Shown in pieces: positions 1-10,426 of a DNA stretch of 64,000 nucleotides (positions are counted from its first letter, which is position 1; each line of letters opens with the position of its first letter). The stretch is from a candidate division WWE3 bacterium RIFOXYC1_FULL_40_10 (GTDB taxonomy: Bacteria > Patescibacteriota > WWE3 > UBA101185 > UBA10185), in NCBI GenBank assembly GCA_001773215.1, contig MEWB01000001.1:678099-742098 (forward strand), in the 5' to 3' direction. The position numbers were made by a program, and so were the translations under genes. Below the pieces are notes generated by a model. It was given only the letters and a program-made list of their open reading frames with translations, did not search any database and was not told the origin of the DNA.

Positions 1-145
1 CACTGCTGTATCCGGTTATCACTACAACTACTTGGGATAGCTGAGGTATTAACGAACAAGTATCGAAAACTCCCTTCAAAAAAATGGGTAAGTTCTCTAC
101 TCTGGATATGTCAAGATCGGTGGAAATTGCTAGTCGCATGTTCAT
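1..145 (-). CDS. Partial CDS (N-terminus only, runs off window start); unknown, possibly a glycosyltransferase
   Basis: Open frame from ATG at 145: MNMRLAISTDLDISRVENLPIFLKGVFDTCSLIPQLSQVVVVITGYSS...; no stop before the window edge. Confidence 0.45.
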   Translation of the reverse strand, partial: MNMRLAISTDLDISRVENLPIFLKGVFDTCSLIPQLSQVVVVITGYSS

Positions 146-196
146 GTTTTTTATCTCTCTTTTAAATTAAGTAGGTTATATGATAGTGTTATTGTT

Positions 197-1849
197 GTGA
201 TTCTATCTAAAGCAAAGCACATTTACAAGGCATTCAAGCCCGAACTACTACTGTTAGCAGCTTTTTTGTTTTACGGATTTTGGCTTATTTTCAGAACCTC
301 TTTTGTCATCGACGGCATACGCTACTGGTGTTTGTTTGATGATTCCATGATATCCATGGCTTATGCCAAAAATCTCGTTTCGGGATTAGGGCTTAACTGG
401 GCAAGATTCGGCAATCCTGTTGAAGGTTATACCCACCCGCTTTGGGTACTTATTATGATAATTATTCACCTTCTCCCCTTCAAGGAAACGACAGCAAGTT
501 TACCGATACAACTAATATCCCTGTCCTTTTTGGTTCTAAATTTATATTTTGTAGGCAAAATAACTAAAAAGTATTTTGCTTCGGGTAGTAGATATGCTTA
601 TTTTCCGGCTGTAATCCTAACCGCCGCATACTTTCCTCTAAATCTTTGGGCGCTAAGAGGAATGGAAACGGGACTTCAAGCCCTGCTCGTAACTTCTTCT
701 ATCTATTACTTGCTAGCCGCAATGAAAGACCTCAAAAATAATTACATCGTTCTAGCTGTATTACAAAGCTTGGGACTATTACTTAGAATGGATATGGTTA
801 TTCTAGTTGTTGTTATAAATATTTTCTTATTCGTACATTTTTTTGGGAAAAAGAAGGAACTACTCCAATACTTGATTATCATCTTCCTACCCTCTTTGGT
901 ATATGAATTATTCAGAATCGCATATTTTCATGATATATGGCCAAACACTTACTATTTAAAAATATTCCAAATGCCTCTCATATCCCGGCTACTGAGTGGA
1001 AGCATCAGTTTTATAAATTTTATAAATATATTCCCAATTATCCTTTTATTAATTATTTATTATGTCGCAATCCATAGAAATAACGTAGCAGTGCAAGTAA
1101 TCGGATCGGTAGTAACCGGTTTTTTCTTATACTCCATATATGTCGGAGGAGACGTGTGGGAAAATGTAGGTATAGTCGCAAACAGATTTACCGCCTTTGT
1201 AATGCCCCTTATTTTTATACTTACTAATGCTTTGTTAATAGACTTCACTAATGTTAAGAACTTGGTGGGCAGATTTAAGACTCAAATTATTCTCTTTGCT
1301 ACAATTTTTTTGGTGCTGTTATTTAACTCGCTCTGGAACTTCAAAGATTTTAATATCTATTCAACTCAAGCGCAAATGTTTCTGGGTATAACAAAGCCCT
1401 ACGGGTCACCAGGGCAAAAAGAAGTAATTATACAAACACTTAACCTTAATAAATTGTTTAGTGAAAATGCTAAGGTAGCCGTAACTCAAGCGGGCGTCAC
1501 CGCTTATTTTGGAAAGTTTAAACTTATTGATCTATTTGGGTACAACGATAGCTATGTAGCTAAATTGCCCCCCGCCGCCAAGCCAGATGCTAACGACACT
1601 GGATATTTACCGGGACACTCTAAGTACGATTTCAAACACAGTGTGAAGGATTTATCGCCTGATGTTCTCATGCATTTCGATTTTTCTGAAGATATTAAAG
1701 CGCAGGTAGCCAGCTATGGATATGAGAAAATCGGACCTGTGTTTGTTAAGGCAACAACTACGGAAGCGGATCTTCAAAGATTACGACTATGCTTACTTGC
1801 AAGCATCCAATGGAATCCCCAATGCGACCTACCCCAAGCAAGCCTATAA
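197..1849 (+). CDS. GT-C fold membrane glycosyltransferase (AftB/arabinofuranosyltransferase-like)
   Basis: Multi-TM protein; motifs DDSMISMAYAKNL, PVEGYTHPLW, GMETGL, PNTYYLK, GGD and PGHSK are typical of this family. Confidence 0.75.
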   Translation: MILSKAKHIYKAFKPELLLLAAFLFYGFWLIFRTSFVIDGIRYWCLFDDSMISMAYAKNLVSGLGLNWARFGNPVEGYTHPLWVLIMIIIHLLPFKETTASLPIQLISLSFLVLNLYFVGKITKKYFASGSRYAYFPAVILTAAYFPLNLWALRGMETGLQALLVTSSIYYLLAAMKDLKNNYIVLAVLQSLGLLLRMDMVILVVVINIFLFVHFFGKKKELLQYLIIIFLPSLVYELFRIAYFHDIWPNTYYLKIFQMPLISRLLSGSISFINFINIFPIILLLIIYYVAIHRNNVAVQVIGSVVTGFFLYSIYVGGDVWENVGIVANRFTAFVMPLIFILTNALLIDFTNVKNLVGRFKTQIILFATIFLVLLFNSLWNFKDFNIYSTQAQMFLGITKPYGSPGQKEVIIQTLNLNKLFSENAKVAVTQAGVTAYFGKFKLIDLFGYNDSYVAKLPPAAKPDANDTGYLPGHSKYDFKHSVKDLSPDVLMHFDFSEDIKAQVASYGYEKIGPVFVKATTTEADLQRLRLCLLASIQWNPQCDLPQASL

Positions 1850-1949
1850 ATCTATCCCAATTTGTGTTATAATGTCAGCGTTAGAACTTTAATGACGCTT
1901 TTTTTGTACTTCTTTCATTAAAGCTATTGATGAAGGGGGTGAATCCCAT

Positions 1950-2216
1950 ATGAAAAAATTATACGTAGGTAACTTACCATTTGACTTTGATAGCCAAAAA
2001 TTGCAGGATTTGTTCGCAAAATACGGAACAGTAGAGTCAGCAATAATAATCAAAGACAGAGATACTGGACGATCAAAAGGATTTGGATTTGTCGAAATCG
2101 ACAATGAAGGAGCAAAAAAATCAATTGACGAACTTAACAACAAAGAAATTAACGGCAGACCGTTAAGAGTAAACGAAGCCAAACCAATGGAAGAAAGACG
2201 ACCTTTTAGAAGATAA
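1950..2216 (+). CDS. RRM-domain RNA-binding protein
   Basis: RNP2 LYVGNL, RNP1 KGFGFVE, RPLRVNEA; TATAAT at 1868-1873 and GAAGGGGG upstream. Confidence 0.95.
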   Translation: MKKLYVGNLPFDFDSQKLQDLFAKYGTVESAIIIKDRDTGRSKGFGFVEIDNEGAKKSIDELNNKEINGRPLRVNEAKPMEERRPFRR

Positions 2217-2249
2217 ATTTTAGGTTTGTGGTGAAAGAGAACAATATAT

Positions 2250-2837
2250 ATGGCATTGAAAATAGACGATTTGATAATAAAGTTGGCAAATACGATAACA
2301 GACGACACACTGTTTAACCCTTATAATCAGATCTGCAAAGATTTTGATATAAGCACAGGCCCGGGGGTACGCCAGGGTAATCTGCGTATCTACTTAGAAA
2401 AACATCTAGATTCTAGAACTGACACAATATGGATATTTGATACAGCGGGCTATCATAGCTCAAAGTTAACGGGAGTACCTTTAGTGGGACCCTCTAACTA
2501 CAGTAAAGTGGAAGAGACCTTAGGGTTGGAAAACCGCTTTGAAAACGCTAATAAAAATGGTGCTGTATCAAGTTCCGCAGAAGAATCAACAAAGTTGTGG
2601 GAAACGCTTTCAAAAAAACATAATCCCCCGCTTGTTTGGAATCTTCTCCCATTTTACCCTCATCAAGCTAACGAGATTTCTGTAAAAAGAACTCCCGAAA
2701 AAGAAGAATACTTAAAATACGCTGAATTTACTCATTTGGTGTTGGAAATATTTGGGCTTAAAAAGATTGTAGCAATGGGACACAGAGCCCAAAAAGCTTT
2801 GGATCTGATACACATTAAATCCGAATTGCATATATAA
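2250..2837 (+). CDS. Uracil-DNA glycosylase-like fold protein with degenerate motifs
   Basis: LFNPY...NLRIYL, AGY..SKLTGVP, LVWNLLPFYPH, RTP..EE, IVAMG..A match the UDG-like subfamily; lacks GEAPG and the C-terminal HP motif. Confidence 0.7.
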   Translation: MALKIDDLIIKLANTITDDTLFNPYNQICKDFDISTGPGVRQGNLRIYLEKHLDSRTDTIWIFDTAGYHSSKLTGVPLVGPSNYSKVEETLGLENRFENANKNGAVSSSAEESTKLWETLSKKHNPPLVWNLLPFYPHQANEISVKRTPEKEEYLKYAEFTHLVLEIFGLKKIVAMGHRAQKALDLIHIKSELHI

Positions 2838-2844
2838 TAAATCA

Positions 2845-5385
2845 ATGCTCGATGCCCAAATTGTGAATCAAAAACTGGAGTCTTTTGCGACACTTCAAAA
2901 CTCTGAGCTGTTTACCAAACTAGAAACATCCGAAAAAGGCTTGATTCAAGCCGAGGCTGAAACCAGAATCAAAATTTACGGTAGGAACGTTATTAAAGAT
3001 AGACCTAAACTTCATGCACTCATTCAGTTCATTTCAAACTTCAAAAATCCACTAGTAATAATTCTTTTAGTGGTTTCCACAATCTCGTTTGTAACCGGCG
3101 AAACTGTAAATGGCTCCCTAGTTGCTGGTATGGTACTAATGAGTGTCACATTCAACTTCTGGCAGGAGTACAAAGCCAACACCGAAACTGACAAACTAAA
3201 AGCCGGAATCGCCAGTATATCCTCTGTAATTCGAGGTGGCAGCAGAGTTGAAATCAGTACATCAGAACTTTGTTTAGGAGATATCTTGGTGTTTAACGCA
3301 GGTGATCTTGTACCTGGGGAATGCAGAATTCTATCGAGCAAGGACCTTTATATAAACCAATCAGCGTTAACCGGGGAATCATTTCCCGCCGAGAAGCACG
3401 CAACTCCTATTAAAATAGGAGATTCCGAAATAGCAAAAATGACCAATATACTCTTCCAAGGCACAAGTGTGATTTCAGGAACTGCATTGGCAGTTGTGCT
3501 TAAAACAGGTACCAAAACCGAGTTCGGGAAAATAGCAGAATCTTTGGCACAAAACGACAGCGAAAACGAGTTTACAAAGGGAATCGGTAACTTCAGTATG
3601 TTAACAATGAAAGTTGTAATATTTTTCGTGCTGTTTATCTTTTTTGTAAACGCCTTGCTCAAGCAAAATATCATCGAAGCCCTCATGTTCTCAGTAGCTG
3701 TGGCCGTGGGATTAACCCCTGAATTTCTACCTATGATAATGTCGGTAACAATGGCGAAAGGGTCAATGATGATGTCTAAGAAAGGGGTCATTGTAAAAAA
3801 GCTCTCGGCTATACCTACCTTTGGAAGTATGGATATATTGTGTACTGATAAAACCGGAACATTAACTCAGGACAAAATAAGACTAGTTAAATACATCGAT
3901 ACTCGAGGAGAGTATTCGGAAAAAGTGTTTTCTTTTTCCTATTTAAACAGTTATTTCCAAACCGGCATTTCCAACCCGATGGATCAGGCAGTAATCGACT
4001 TCAAGAAAGTTGATGTGTCTTCCTATTCTAAAATTGATGAAATTCCCTTTGATTTTAACCGCAAAAGAATGTCAGTTATTGTTGGTGACAACACCAACAG
4101 CCATTACTTGATAACAAAAGGCGCTCCCGAGGAAGTTTTAGGTTGTTGTAAGCTTTCACCTACTGAAGATCATCCCGGACTACTTGATAAATACCTAGAA
4201 CTGAGTAACGAGGGATATAGGGTTTTAGCTGTAGCCACAAAAATACTTCCAAACACCAAAAAAGTGTATGAGGCTGAAGACGAATATGATCTTGAACTTA
4301 TCGGTTATATTGCCTTTTTAGACCCACCCAAGGAAGATGCCCTAGACGCAATAAACAAATTGGAAGAGATGGGCATAGAAATTAAAATAATAACCGGGGA
4401 CAACGAACTTGTTGCTAAAAGAATATGTAAAGAAGTCGGAGTGAATATAAAAGGCGTGTTACTGGGACACGAACTAAGAGGCCTTACCCACGAAGAACTA
4501 TTACACAAAGTAGAAAACCTGACTATCTTTGCCAGATTTTCCCCCGATGATAAGAATCGGGTCATTAAGGCAATAAAAGAGAATAAACATGTGGTCGGTT
4601 ATATGGGAGATGGAATAAATGACTCCCCCTCTTTAAAATCGGCCGACGTGGGAATTTCGGTATCAAACTCTGTAGATGTAGCCAAAGAATCGGCTGACAT
4701 TGTACTAACTCGAAAGAGCTTACACCTGCTAGCAGATGGCGTAGTAGAAGGGAGAAAAACATACGCCAACACCATGAAGTACATAATGATGGGATTGAGC
4801 TCAAACTTTGGAAATATGTTCAGTGTTTTGGGAGCTGTGATATTTCTACCTTTCTTACCTATGCTTCCCATTCAGATACTACTAAACAATTTCCTCTACG
4901 ACATCTCTCAAATTACTATTCCCACCGACAATGTAGATAGTGAGTACATTAAAAAACCTCGTAGATGGAATATGAAATTCATTAGAAATTTCATGTTCGT
5001 TTTTGGACCAATTAGCTCCTTATACGATTATGTATCTTATTTTGCACTTTACACTCTGTTCAGCTCCCAACCCGGGAACTTCCAAACAGGGTGGTTTTTA
5101 GAGTCGCTAGCTACACAAACTCTGGTTATACATGTTATCAGAACAAGGAAGATCCCCTTTATCCAAAGCAGGCCGAGCAAGTTTTTGCTACTTTCAACAC
5201 TTACAGGTGTATCTATTGGCTGGCTTATTCCGCATACAAAATTAGGCGCGTTTTTTGGATTTAGCCCGCTACAACCTCAAGTTTTGCTACTGATTGCAGG
5301 AATTGTACTCACGTATCTTATAACTGTTGAGTTGGCAAAGCAGTTGTTCTTCAGGAGATTTAAAGAGCAGCTGAATTATAATTAA
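2845..5385 (+). CDS. mgtA: Magnesium-translocating P-type ATPase
   Basis: TGES, GLTPEFLP, DKTGTLT, KGAPEE, GDGIND, SSNFGNMFS, FQTGWF.ES motifs of P3B ATPases. Confidence 0.95.
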   Translation: MLDAQIVNQKLESFATLQNSELFTKLETSEKGLIQAEAETRIKIYGRNVIKDRPKLHALIQFISNFKNPLVIILLVVSTISFVTGETVNGSLVAGMVLMSVTFNFWQEYKANTETDKLKAGIASISSVIRGGSRVEISTSELCLGDILVFNAGDLVPGECRILSSKDLYINQSALTGESFPAEKHATPIKIGDSEIAKMTNILFQGTSVISGTALAVVLKTGTKTEFGKIAESLAQNDSENEFTKGIGNFSMLTMKVVIFFVLFIFFVNALLKQNIIEALMFSVAVAVGLTPEFLPMIMSVTMAKGSMMMSKKGVIVKKLSAIPTFGSMDILCTDKTGTLTQDKIRLVKYIDTRGEYSEKVFSFSYLNSYFQTGISNPMDQAVIDFKKVDVSSYSKIDEIPFDFNRKRMSVIVGDNTNSHYLITKGAPEEVLGCCKLSPTEDHPGLLDKYLELSNEGYRVLAVATKILPNTKKVYEAEDEYDLELIGYIAFLDPPKEDALDAINKLEEMGIEIKIITGDNELVAKRICKEVGVNIKGVLLGHELRGLTHEELLHKVENLTIFARFSPDDKNRVIKAIKENKHVVGYMGDGINDSPSLKSADVGISVSNSVDVAKESADIVLTRKSLHLLADGVVEGRKTYANTMKYIMMGLSSNFGNMFSVLGAVIFLPFLPMLPIQILLNNFLYDISQITIPTDNVDSEYIKKPRRWNMKFIRNFMFVFGPISSLYDYVSYFALYTLFSSQPGNFQTGWFLESLATQTLVIHVIRTRKIPFIQSRPSKFLLLSTLTGVSIGWLIPHTKLGAFFGFSPLQPQVLLLIAGIVLTYLITVELAKQLFFRRFKEQLNYN

Positions 5386-5774
5386 CTTACATACTTCGAA
5401 ATAGTATCAACCAGGTCATCCAAACTGTGTTCTACCTTAAGGAAACACTCTTTTGCCCCCAATTTCATTACTCGCTCAATTTTTTCGGGCTCGTATGAGT
5501 TGGAAACAACAACTACAGGTATTTCCGCCAACTCCCCATATTTGGTGAGCTCCTCCAAAAAGGCACCCCCATCAATATCAGGAAGATTATAATCAAGCCA
5601 AATGATATTAGGTATAATTCTGTCGAGGTTACTGGAGCTTAGATATGCCAAAGCTGGCACACCCCTATTGAATGAGAGCGGTTTTACTTGGTTTAGCTCC
5701 ACTTTTTTGCAAAGCGCATCCAGTAGAACCTGTTCTTCCTCTACAATCATTACAACGATAAGGTCATTTCTCAT
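5382..5774 (-). CDS. Stand-alone response regulator receiver (CheY-like)
   Basis: [16 protein letters not shown] (phospho-Asp), VVSN, FLK. Confidence 0.85.
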   Translation of the reverse strand: MRNDLIVVMIVEEEQVLLDALCKKVELNQVKPLSFNRGVPALAYLSSSNLDRIIPNIIWLDYNLPDIDGGAFLEELTKYGELAEIPVVVVSNSYEPEKIERVMKLGAKECFLKVEHSLDDLVDTISKYVS

Positions 5775-6714
5775 AAGAAAGTACCGACTTAAAATAGTCT
5801 ATGGTCGATCTAAGACCCTCTTTGAGCTGTTTTTGAGGTTCCCAATTTAACACCTCTCTGGCTAAGCTTATATCAGGTTTTCTTTTCTGGGGATCATCCT
5901 GAGGTAAGTCTTTAAAAATCAATCCGGACTTGTTCCCTGTCAATTCAACTACTAGGTCAGCCAATTCCTTTATTGTAAATTCATTAGGATTGCCGATATT
6001 TACAGGTCCTGTAAAGTTATCAGTATTCATCAAAGTATATATTCCCCTAATTAGGTCATCTACATAACAAAATGATCTTGTTTGCTCCCCCTGGCCGTAA
6101 ATTGTTATCGGGTTACCCTGCAAGGCTTGGATAATAAAGTTAGATACAACTCTACCATCGTTAATTGCCATCCTGGGGCCATACGTGTTGAATATTCTCA
6201 CAATTCTGATATCTACTTTATGATTTCTGTGGTAATCAAAAAATAATGTCTCCGCCACTCGTTTTCCTTCGTCGTAACAGGCCCTCGGACCAATGGTATT
6301 TACATTCCCTCTGTAATTCTCCTTTTGCGGATGTTCCAACGGATCACCGTAGACTTCAGAGGTAGATGCTTGAAAAATTCGCGCCTTATGTTTTTTGGCG
6401 ATTCCCAACATGTTGATTACTCCAATAGTATTGGCTTTAACTGTCCTTACCGGATTAAGTTGGTAATGGATAGGGGATGCTGGACAAGCTAAGTTATATA
6501 TTTGGTCAATTATCACATCATCCAAATACAAAGGATCTATTATATCGTGGTTTATGAATTTAAAATCTCCGTTTTCAAAAAGGTGTTTAATGTTCTCTTT
6601 ACTACCTGTAAACAAATTATCAATACAGATTACCTTTTCATTTTTAGCTAACAAGTAATCACAAAGGTGACTACCCAAAAAACCGGCGCCTCCAGTTACC
6701 AGTACTGTTTTCAT
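5764..6714 (-). CDS. UDP-glucuronate decarboxylase (UDP-xylose synthase), extended SDR
   Basis: [55 protein letters not shown]; start taken at ATG 6714. Confidence 0.93.
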   Translation of the reverse strand: MKTVLVTGGAGFLGSHLCDYLLAKNEKVICIDNLFTGSKENIKHLFENGDFKFINHDIIDPLYLDDVIIDQIYNLACPASPIHYQLNPVRTVKANTIGVINMLGIAKKHKARIFQASTSEVYGDPLEHPQKENYRGNVNTIGPRACYDEGKRVAETLFFDYHRNHKVDIRIVRIFNTYGPRMAINDGRVVSNFIIQALQGNPITIYGQGEQTRSFCYVDDLIRGIYTLMNTDNFTGPVNIGNPNEFTIKELADLVVELTGNKSGLIFKDLPQDDPQKRKPDISLAREVLNWEPQKQLKEGLRSTIDYFKSVLSYEK

Positions 6715-6776
6715 AATAGACAAATAATACAGTATTAGTGTTTGTACATAAAGGAATTAGCTATTAAACTGATGAT

Positions 6777-8789
6777 ATGACTTCGGAATTCAAAAAGGCC
6801 CTATTCATATCCTTAATCACCTACTTAGTCTTTTTCTATAAGCTACTAAACCCTAACTTACTAGTAGGGGGAAACGACAGTGAGAGTTTTTTTTACCCTT
6901 CACGCTCCTATCTCCACGAAGCTTTGACAGTTGATCATAGATTTCCGTTTTGGACAGAAAGGATCTTTTTAGGCTTTCCCATATTTGCTGATCCCGAGCG
7001 AAGTTTTTTAAATCCGGTGAATATTTTGGCTACATTGGTTTTAGGCCCGTTTCAATCATTTAAATTTCTTCACCTCGTATTTTATCTGTTGGGATCTCTG
7101 GGGTTATGGGGATTTATAAAAAAAAGAGGTTATAACCTGGCCGGTTATGCCGTGGCCAATATCATCTACTTTTTTTCCTTTTTTCACTTATTCCACCAAC
7201 AACATCAGAGCCTTATTCTTACCACCTATACAATACCTCTTAGTTTGTATCTATCAGACAGTTATTTTAACTTACAGAATAAAAAGTATTTCTTGATCCT
7301 AATTTGTCTGCTGGCTATTCTGGTTTACTTTGGATCATTTCAATCGATAGTTTTGTTGCTTATTGCAAACTTGGCTTTTGTTATAACAAACTGCTCCTTT
7401 AATAGGATTAACCTAAAACATATTATGGCGGGTGCTATCCTTTTGATATCCCTAACCTTACCCCTAATTCTTCCTGCCTACTCTTTGTATAAGCAAAGCG
7501 CACGTATTAATAACACTGAGTTTGCTCAAGGTTCCTATACACCATTGATGCTAATAAACGGAGTATATCCGTTTTATTTCGATTCCGGCCCAAATTACAA
7601 AGGACTTATGATTAGCGAAGACTTTCTAATACACGAAACTTATTTTTATTTTGGAATCTCTTCCATTTTTCTTGCCATCGGGGGTATGGCTATTAAGCAT
7701 AAAGACAAAATTCCAATTTACTGCGGCGTGCTAACTGTGATTTTTCTATTTTTGGGACTAGTTGCATTTGTTCCATTCCTAAATACTCTGAATATCCCTG
7801 TAATCTCATTATTTAGATATTGGGGGCGTTCCGTAGTTCTGCTCGTATTAGCAATCGCACTTTTAGCAGGTAAATTTATATCTCAGGAAAAACCTCAACT
7901 CCACCTTTCGCAACTAAAAAGGCCTGTGCTGTTTACCTTTGCCTATTTAGGTATTCTCGAAGTTGCCAACTATGGTAATGACCTGACGAAAAATATTATT
8001 CTACTTACTATCCACAAAGTTTTGCCTATAGATTTTAATTTTCTTCTTTATGTTTCCGTTTTCTTTATACTGGCTTTTTCTCTGTTCTTATACAAAAGTG
8101 ATAAGTTAAGCTGGGTAGGGGTTAAAAAGGTTTTTCTAGTATTCTTATTTTTGGATTTACTATTTTTCGGAAAAAATGTATTAAACGGTTACCTGGAAAA
8201 CAAAAAAGATATTATTGATAGGCATATTGAAAGGGTTGGTGTACTGAATCAATTTCCCAACAAGCGAGTTTTACCTTTGAACGGAAGTACTTCCGGAAAT
8301 TTGGGTTTATATTCCAAAAGCTGGGGAATTTTTGGTTACAGCCAGTTAGTTCCCAAAAATACCTTACATTTGTTAGAAGTTGCCGGTATCGATAATTCAA
8401 AAGCATGGTCAAGTGATGTTATTCCTCCAAACATGGAAGCTCTTGGAATTTCCTATGTACTAGATAAGGACACAATCCTTCAACAGCGTGGACGTATCAT
8501 AGACCCCGAGGTAGGTAATCTGAAGATTGCTGAAGGCTCGCTTGAGGCAACAACAGACTATCCGACAGCAACCATCCTGGAAACAAGGATAAAAGCCGAC
8601 GCCGGTTGGAAAGTTTATATAGATAATAATACTGCAGTAGCTGAAAGAGATTCCTACATAAACATCCCAGTCCCTGCAGGTATACATAAGGTAACGCTCA
8701 AATATACTCCCACCCTGTTTTATTACGGGCTCATAATCGGTATCATTGGATCGCTCCTATCACTTAGATATCTATTAAAGGAGTCGTAA
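6777..8789 (+). CDS. YfhO-like GT-C membrane glycosyltransferase
   Basis: D...FFYP, PFWT..IFLGFPIFADP, many TMs, C-terminal GWKVYID...VPAGIHKVTLKYTP. Confidence 0.8.
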   Translation: MTSEFKKALFISLITYLVFFYKLLNPNLLVGGNDSESFFYPSRSYLHEALTVDHRFPFWTERIFLGFPIFADPERSFLNPVNILATLVLGPFQSFKFLHLVFYLLGSLGLWGFIKKRGYNLAGYAVANIIYFFSFFHLFHQQHQSLILTTYTIPLSLYLSDSYFNLQNKKYFLILICLLAILVYFGSFQSIVLLLIANLAFVITNCSFNRINLKHIMAGAILLISLTLPLILPAYSLYKQSARINNTEFAQGSYTPLMLINGVYPFYFDSGPNYKGLMISEDFLIHETYFYFGISSIFLAIGGMAIKHKDKIPIYCGVLTVIFLFLGLVAFVPFLNTLNIPVISLFRYWGRSVVLLVLAIALLAGKFISQEKPQLHLSQLKRPVLFTFAYLGILEVANYGNDLTKNIILLTIHKVLPIDFNFLLYVSVFFILAFSLFLYKSDKLSWVGVKKVFLVFLFLDLLFFGKNVLNGYLENKKDIIDRHIERVGVLNQFPNKRVLPLNGSTSGNLGLYSKSWGIFGYSQLVPKNTLHLLEVAGIDNSKAWSSDVIPPNMEALGISYVLDKDTILQQRGRIIDPEVGNLKIAEGSLEATTDYPTATILETRIKADAGWKVYIDNNTAVAERDSYINIPVPAGIHKVTLKYTPTLFYYGLIIGIIGSLLSLRYLLKES

Positions 8790-8918
8790 TCGTTGTCTTC
8801 TCCACTATAGGTTGATGGTGAGACTTGCTTTTGCTATAATGCCATCATTAATCACCTAAACCCGGCCAAATCAGCTGGGATCCTATTGCTCGGGCGTAAT
8901 GCCCAAGGAGATGACGAG

Positions 8919-9602
8919 ATGTCAAGCAATACAAGAAAACGAATCGTAGATATTCAAAGGTCGGATCATGAGTTAATCGAGCTTGCCCTGATGGCGGTTG
9001 CCCAGGTAGTTAGCCCTGAGATGCAAGTTGAACTCAATAGCAACCCAACGATAAAAATTAAAGTGGGGAAGCGAAATCCGGATCCATTTGCAGATGATCC
9101 GGAAATCCGCCAGGATATGGCAGAGCTGAGTATCAACGGTTACAAAGTCGAGATAAGATACACCCTCGACCCTGCTAAAGGCCTTTGCGGACCGGCACCA
9201 CGTATCATCGATGAGATACGAGTAAAAGAGTCCGCGAACCGAGGGATGGGCACAGGAGACTACATTTTGCCATTTGGGGATGTCATAGGCCACCTCCTAT
9301 TGAGCTACACCACTTCCTATGACTACCTGATCAATCAGTGCCTGGTTACGACGTTAGGGTGGAAAGAGGGTAGTGTAGTAAATTACTATCGTCAAGCCAT
9401 CCCCTCGATATGTCTACTCGGGGACAGAGTTTTCTCTTTAAGGTATCGCATCTTGAAATCGAAGAGCCCAATATCTTGGGTACGGCTAGATCTGGACTTC
9501 GACGGTCGGTGCCAGGGTATTGTGTTATTCCACCCGGATAGAACCAAGAAGGCCTTCTCAGTCACCACGGGTTGTTTACTGGGAGATCCTATCGGGTCGT
9601 GA
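8919..9602 (+). CDS. Hypothetical protein (ORFan-like)
   Basis: AAGGAG at 8905-8910 before ATG 8919; TGCTATAAT at 8832-8840; downstream terminator. Confidence 0.65.
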   Translation: MSSNTRKRIVDIQRSDHELIELALMAVAQVVSPEMQVELNSNPTIKIKVGKRNPDPFADDPEIRQDMAELSINGYKVEIRYTLDPAKGLCGPAPRIIDEIRVKESANRGMGTGDYILPFGDVIGHLLLSYTTSYDYLINQCLVTTLGWKEGSVVNYYRQAIPSICLLGDRVFSLRYRILKSKSPISWVRLDLDFDGRCQGIVLFHPDRTKKAFSVTTGCLLGDPIGS

Positions 9603-9610
9603 TTGCCGTG

Positions 9611-9647
9611 CAGGGCTGATTACAATTCAATCAGCCCTGTTTTTTTT
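9611..9647 (+). terminator. Rho-independent terminator
   Basis: CAGGGCTGATT-loop-AATCAGCCCTG 11-bp stem followed by T8. Confidence 0.9.
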
Positions 9648-9673
9648 GTGCCTAAATATGTTACCCTTACCCC

Positions 9674-10426
9674 ATGAACTCTAAAGAACAACTGGAAATG
9701 TCTTTTTTTGAAACTGAATACTGGTGGCATAAAGGCAAAAAATACCTCATTGAACACTTGCTTAACAAATTCTTTTCAAAAGATAGACATGGGAAACTAA
9801 AGATATTTGAGATAGGGTGCGGAACCGGAGAAATATCGAAAATGCTCCAGAAATACGGGACTGTTTCAGGATTGGATATCTCGGAAACAGCGGCTGATGA
9901 ATATGAAAGAAAATGCGGAATTCGGCCTTTGATCGGTGATATAAATGAGCTAAACCTTGAAAGCTTAAAAAATAGCTTCGATCTAATTCTGGCACTCGAT
10001 GTTTTAGAGCATGTTCAAGATGATATAAAAGCCATGGAACGTGTGAAATTTTTATTAAAAAAAGATGGCGTGTTTTTTATAAACGTGCCGGCATATAAAT
10101 TTATTTGGAGCGAACACGATGAGGCCCTGCAACACAAAAGAAGATATTCAACTTACGAACTAACAGAAAAACTTAAGCGTGCCGGGTTTAACATTGAACT
10201 AAATTCCCATTTTGTTTGTATGTCATTTCCGTTAATTGCATTTTATCGAGTGTGGGGCAACTTTTTTGGAAAATCGGCATTTCCAAAAACTACCTATATA
10301 AAACTGCCTAAAAAGCTGAATACCATAATGTATAAAATGCTTCAGGTTGAAACTAAGCTACTTACAAAATTTCGCTTACCTCTAGGATCAACCATCACAG
10401 TAGTAGCAAAACAATCTTCTGTGTAA
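9674..10426 (+). CDS. Class I SAM-dependent methyltransferase (glycan-associated type)
   Basis: EYWWHKG, EIGCGTG, ALDVLEHV.DD, VPAY..IWSEHD...HKRRY. Confidence 0.9.
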   Translation: MNSKEQLEMSFFETEYWWHKGKKYLIEHLLNKFFSKDRHGKLKIFEIGCGTGEISKMLQKYGTVSGLDISETAADEYERKCGIRPLIGDINELNLESLKNSFDLILALDVLEHVQDDIKAMERVKFLLKKDGVFFINVPAYKFIWSEHDEALQHKRRYSTYELTEKLKRAGFNIELNSHFVCMSFPLIAFYRVWGNFFGKSAFPKTTYIKLPKKLNTIMYKMLQVETKLLTKFRLPLGSTITVVAKQSSV

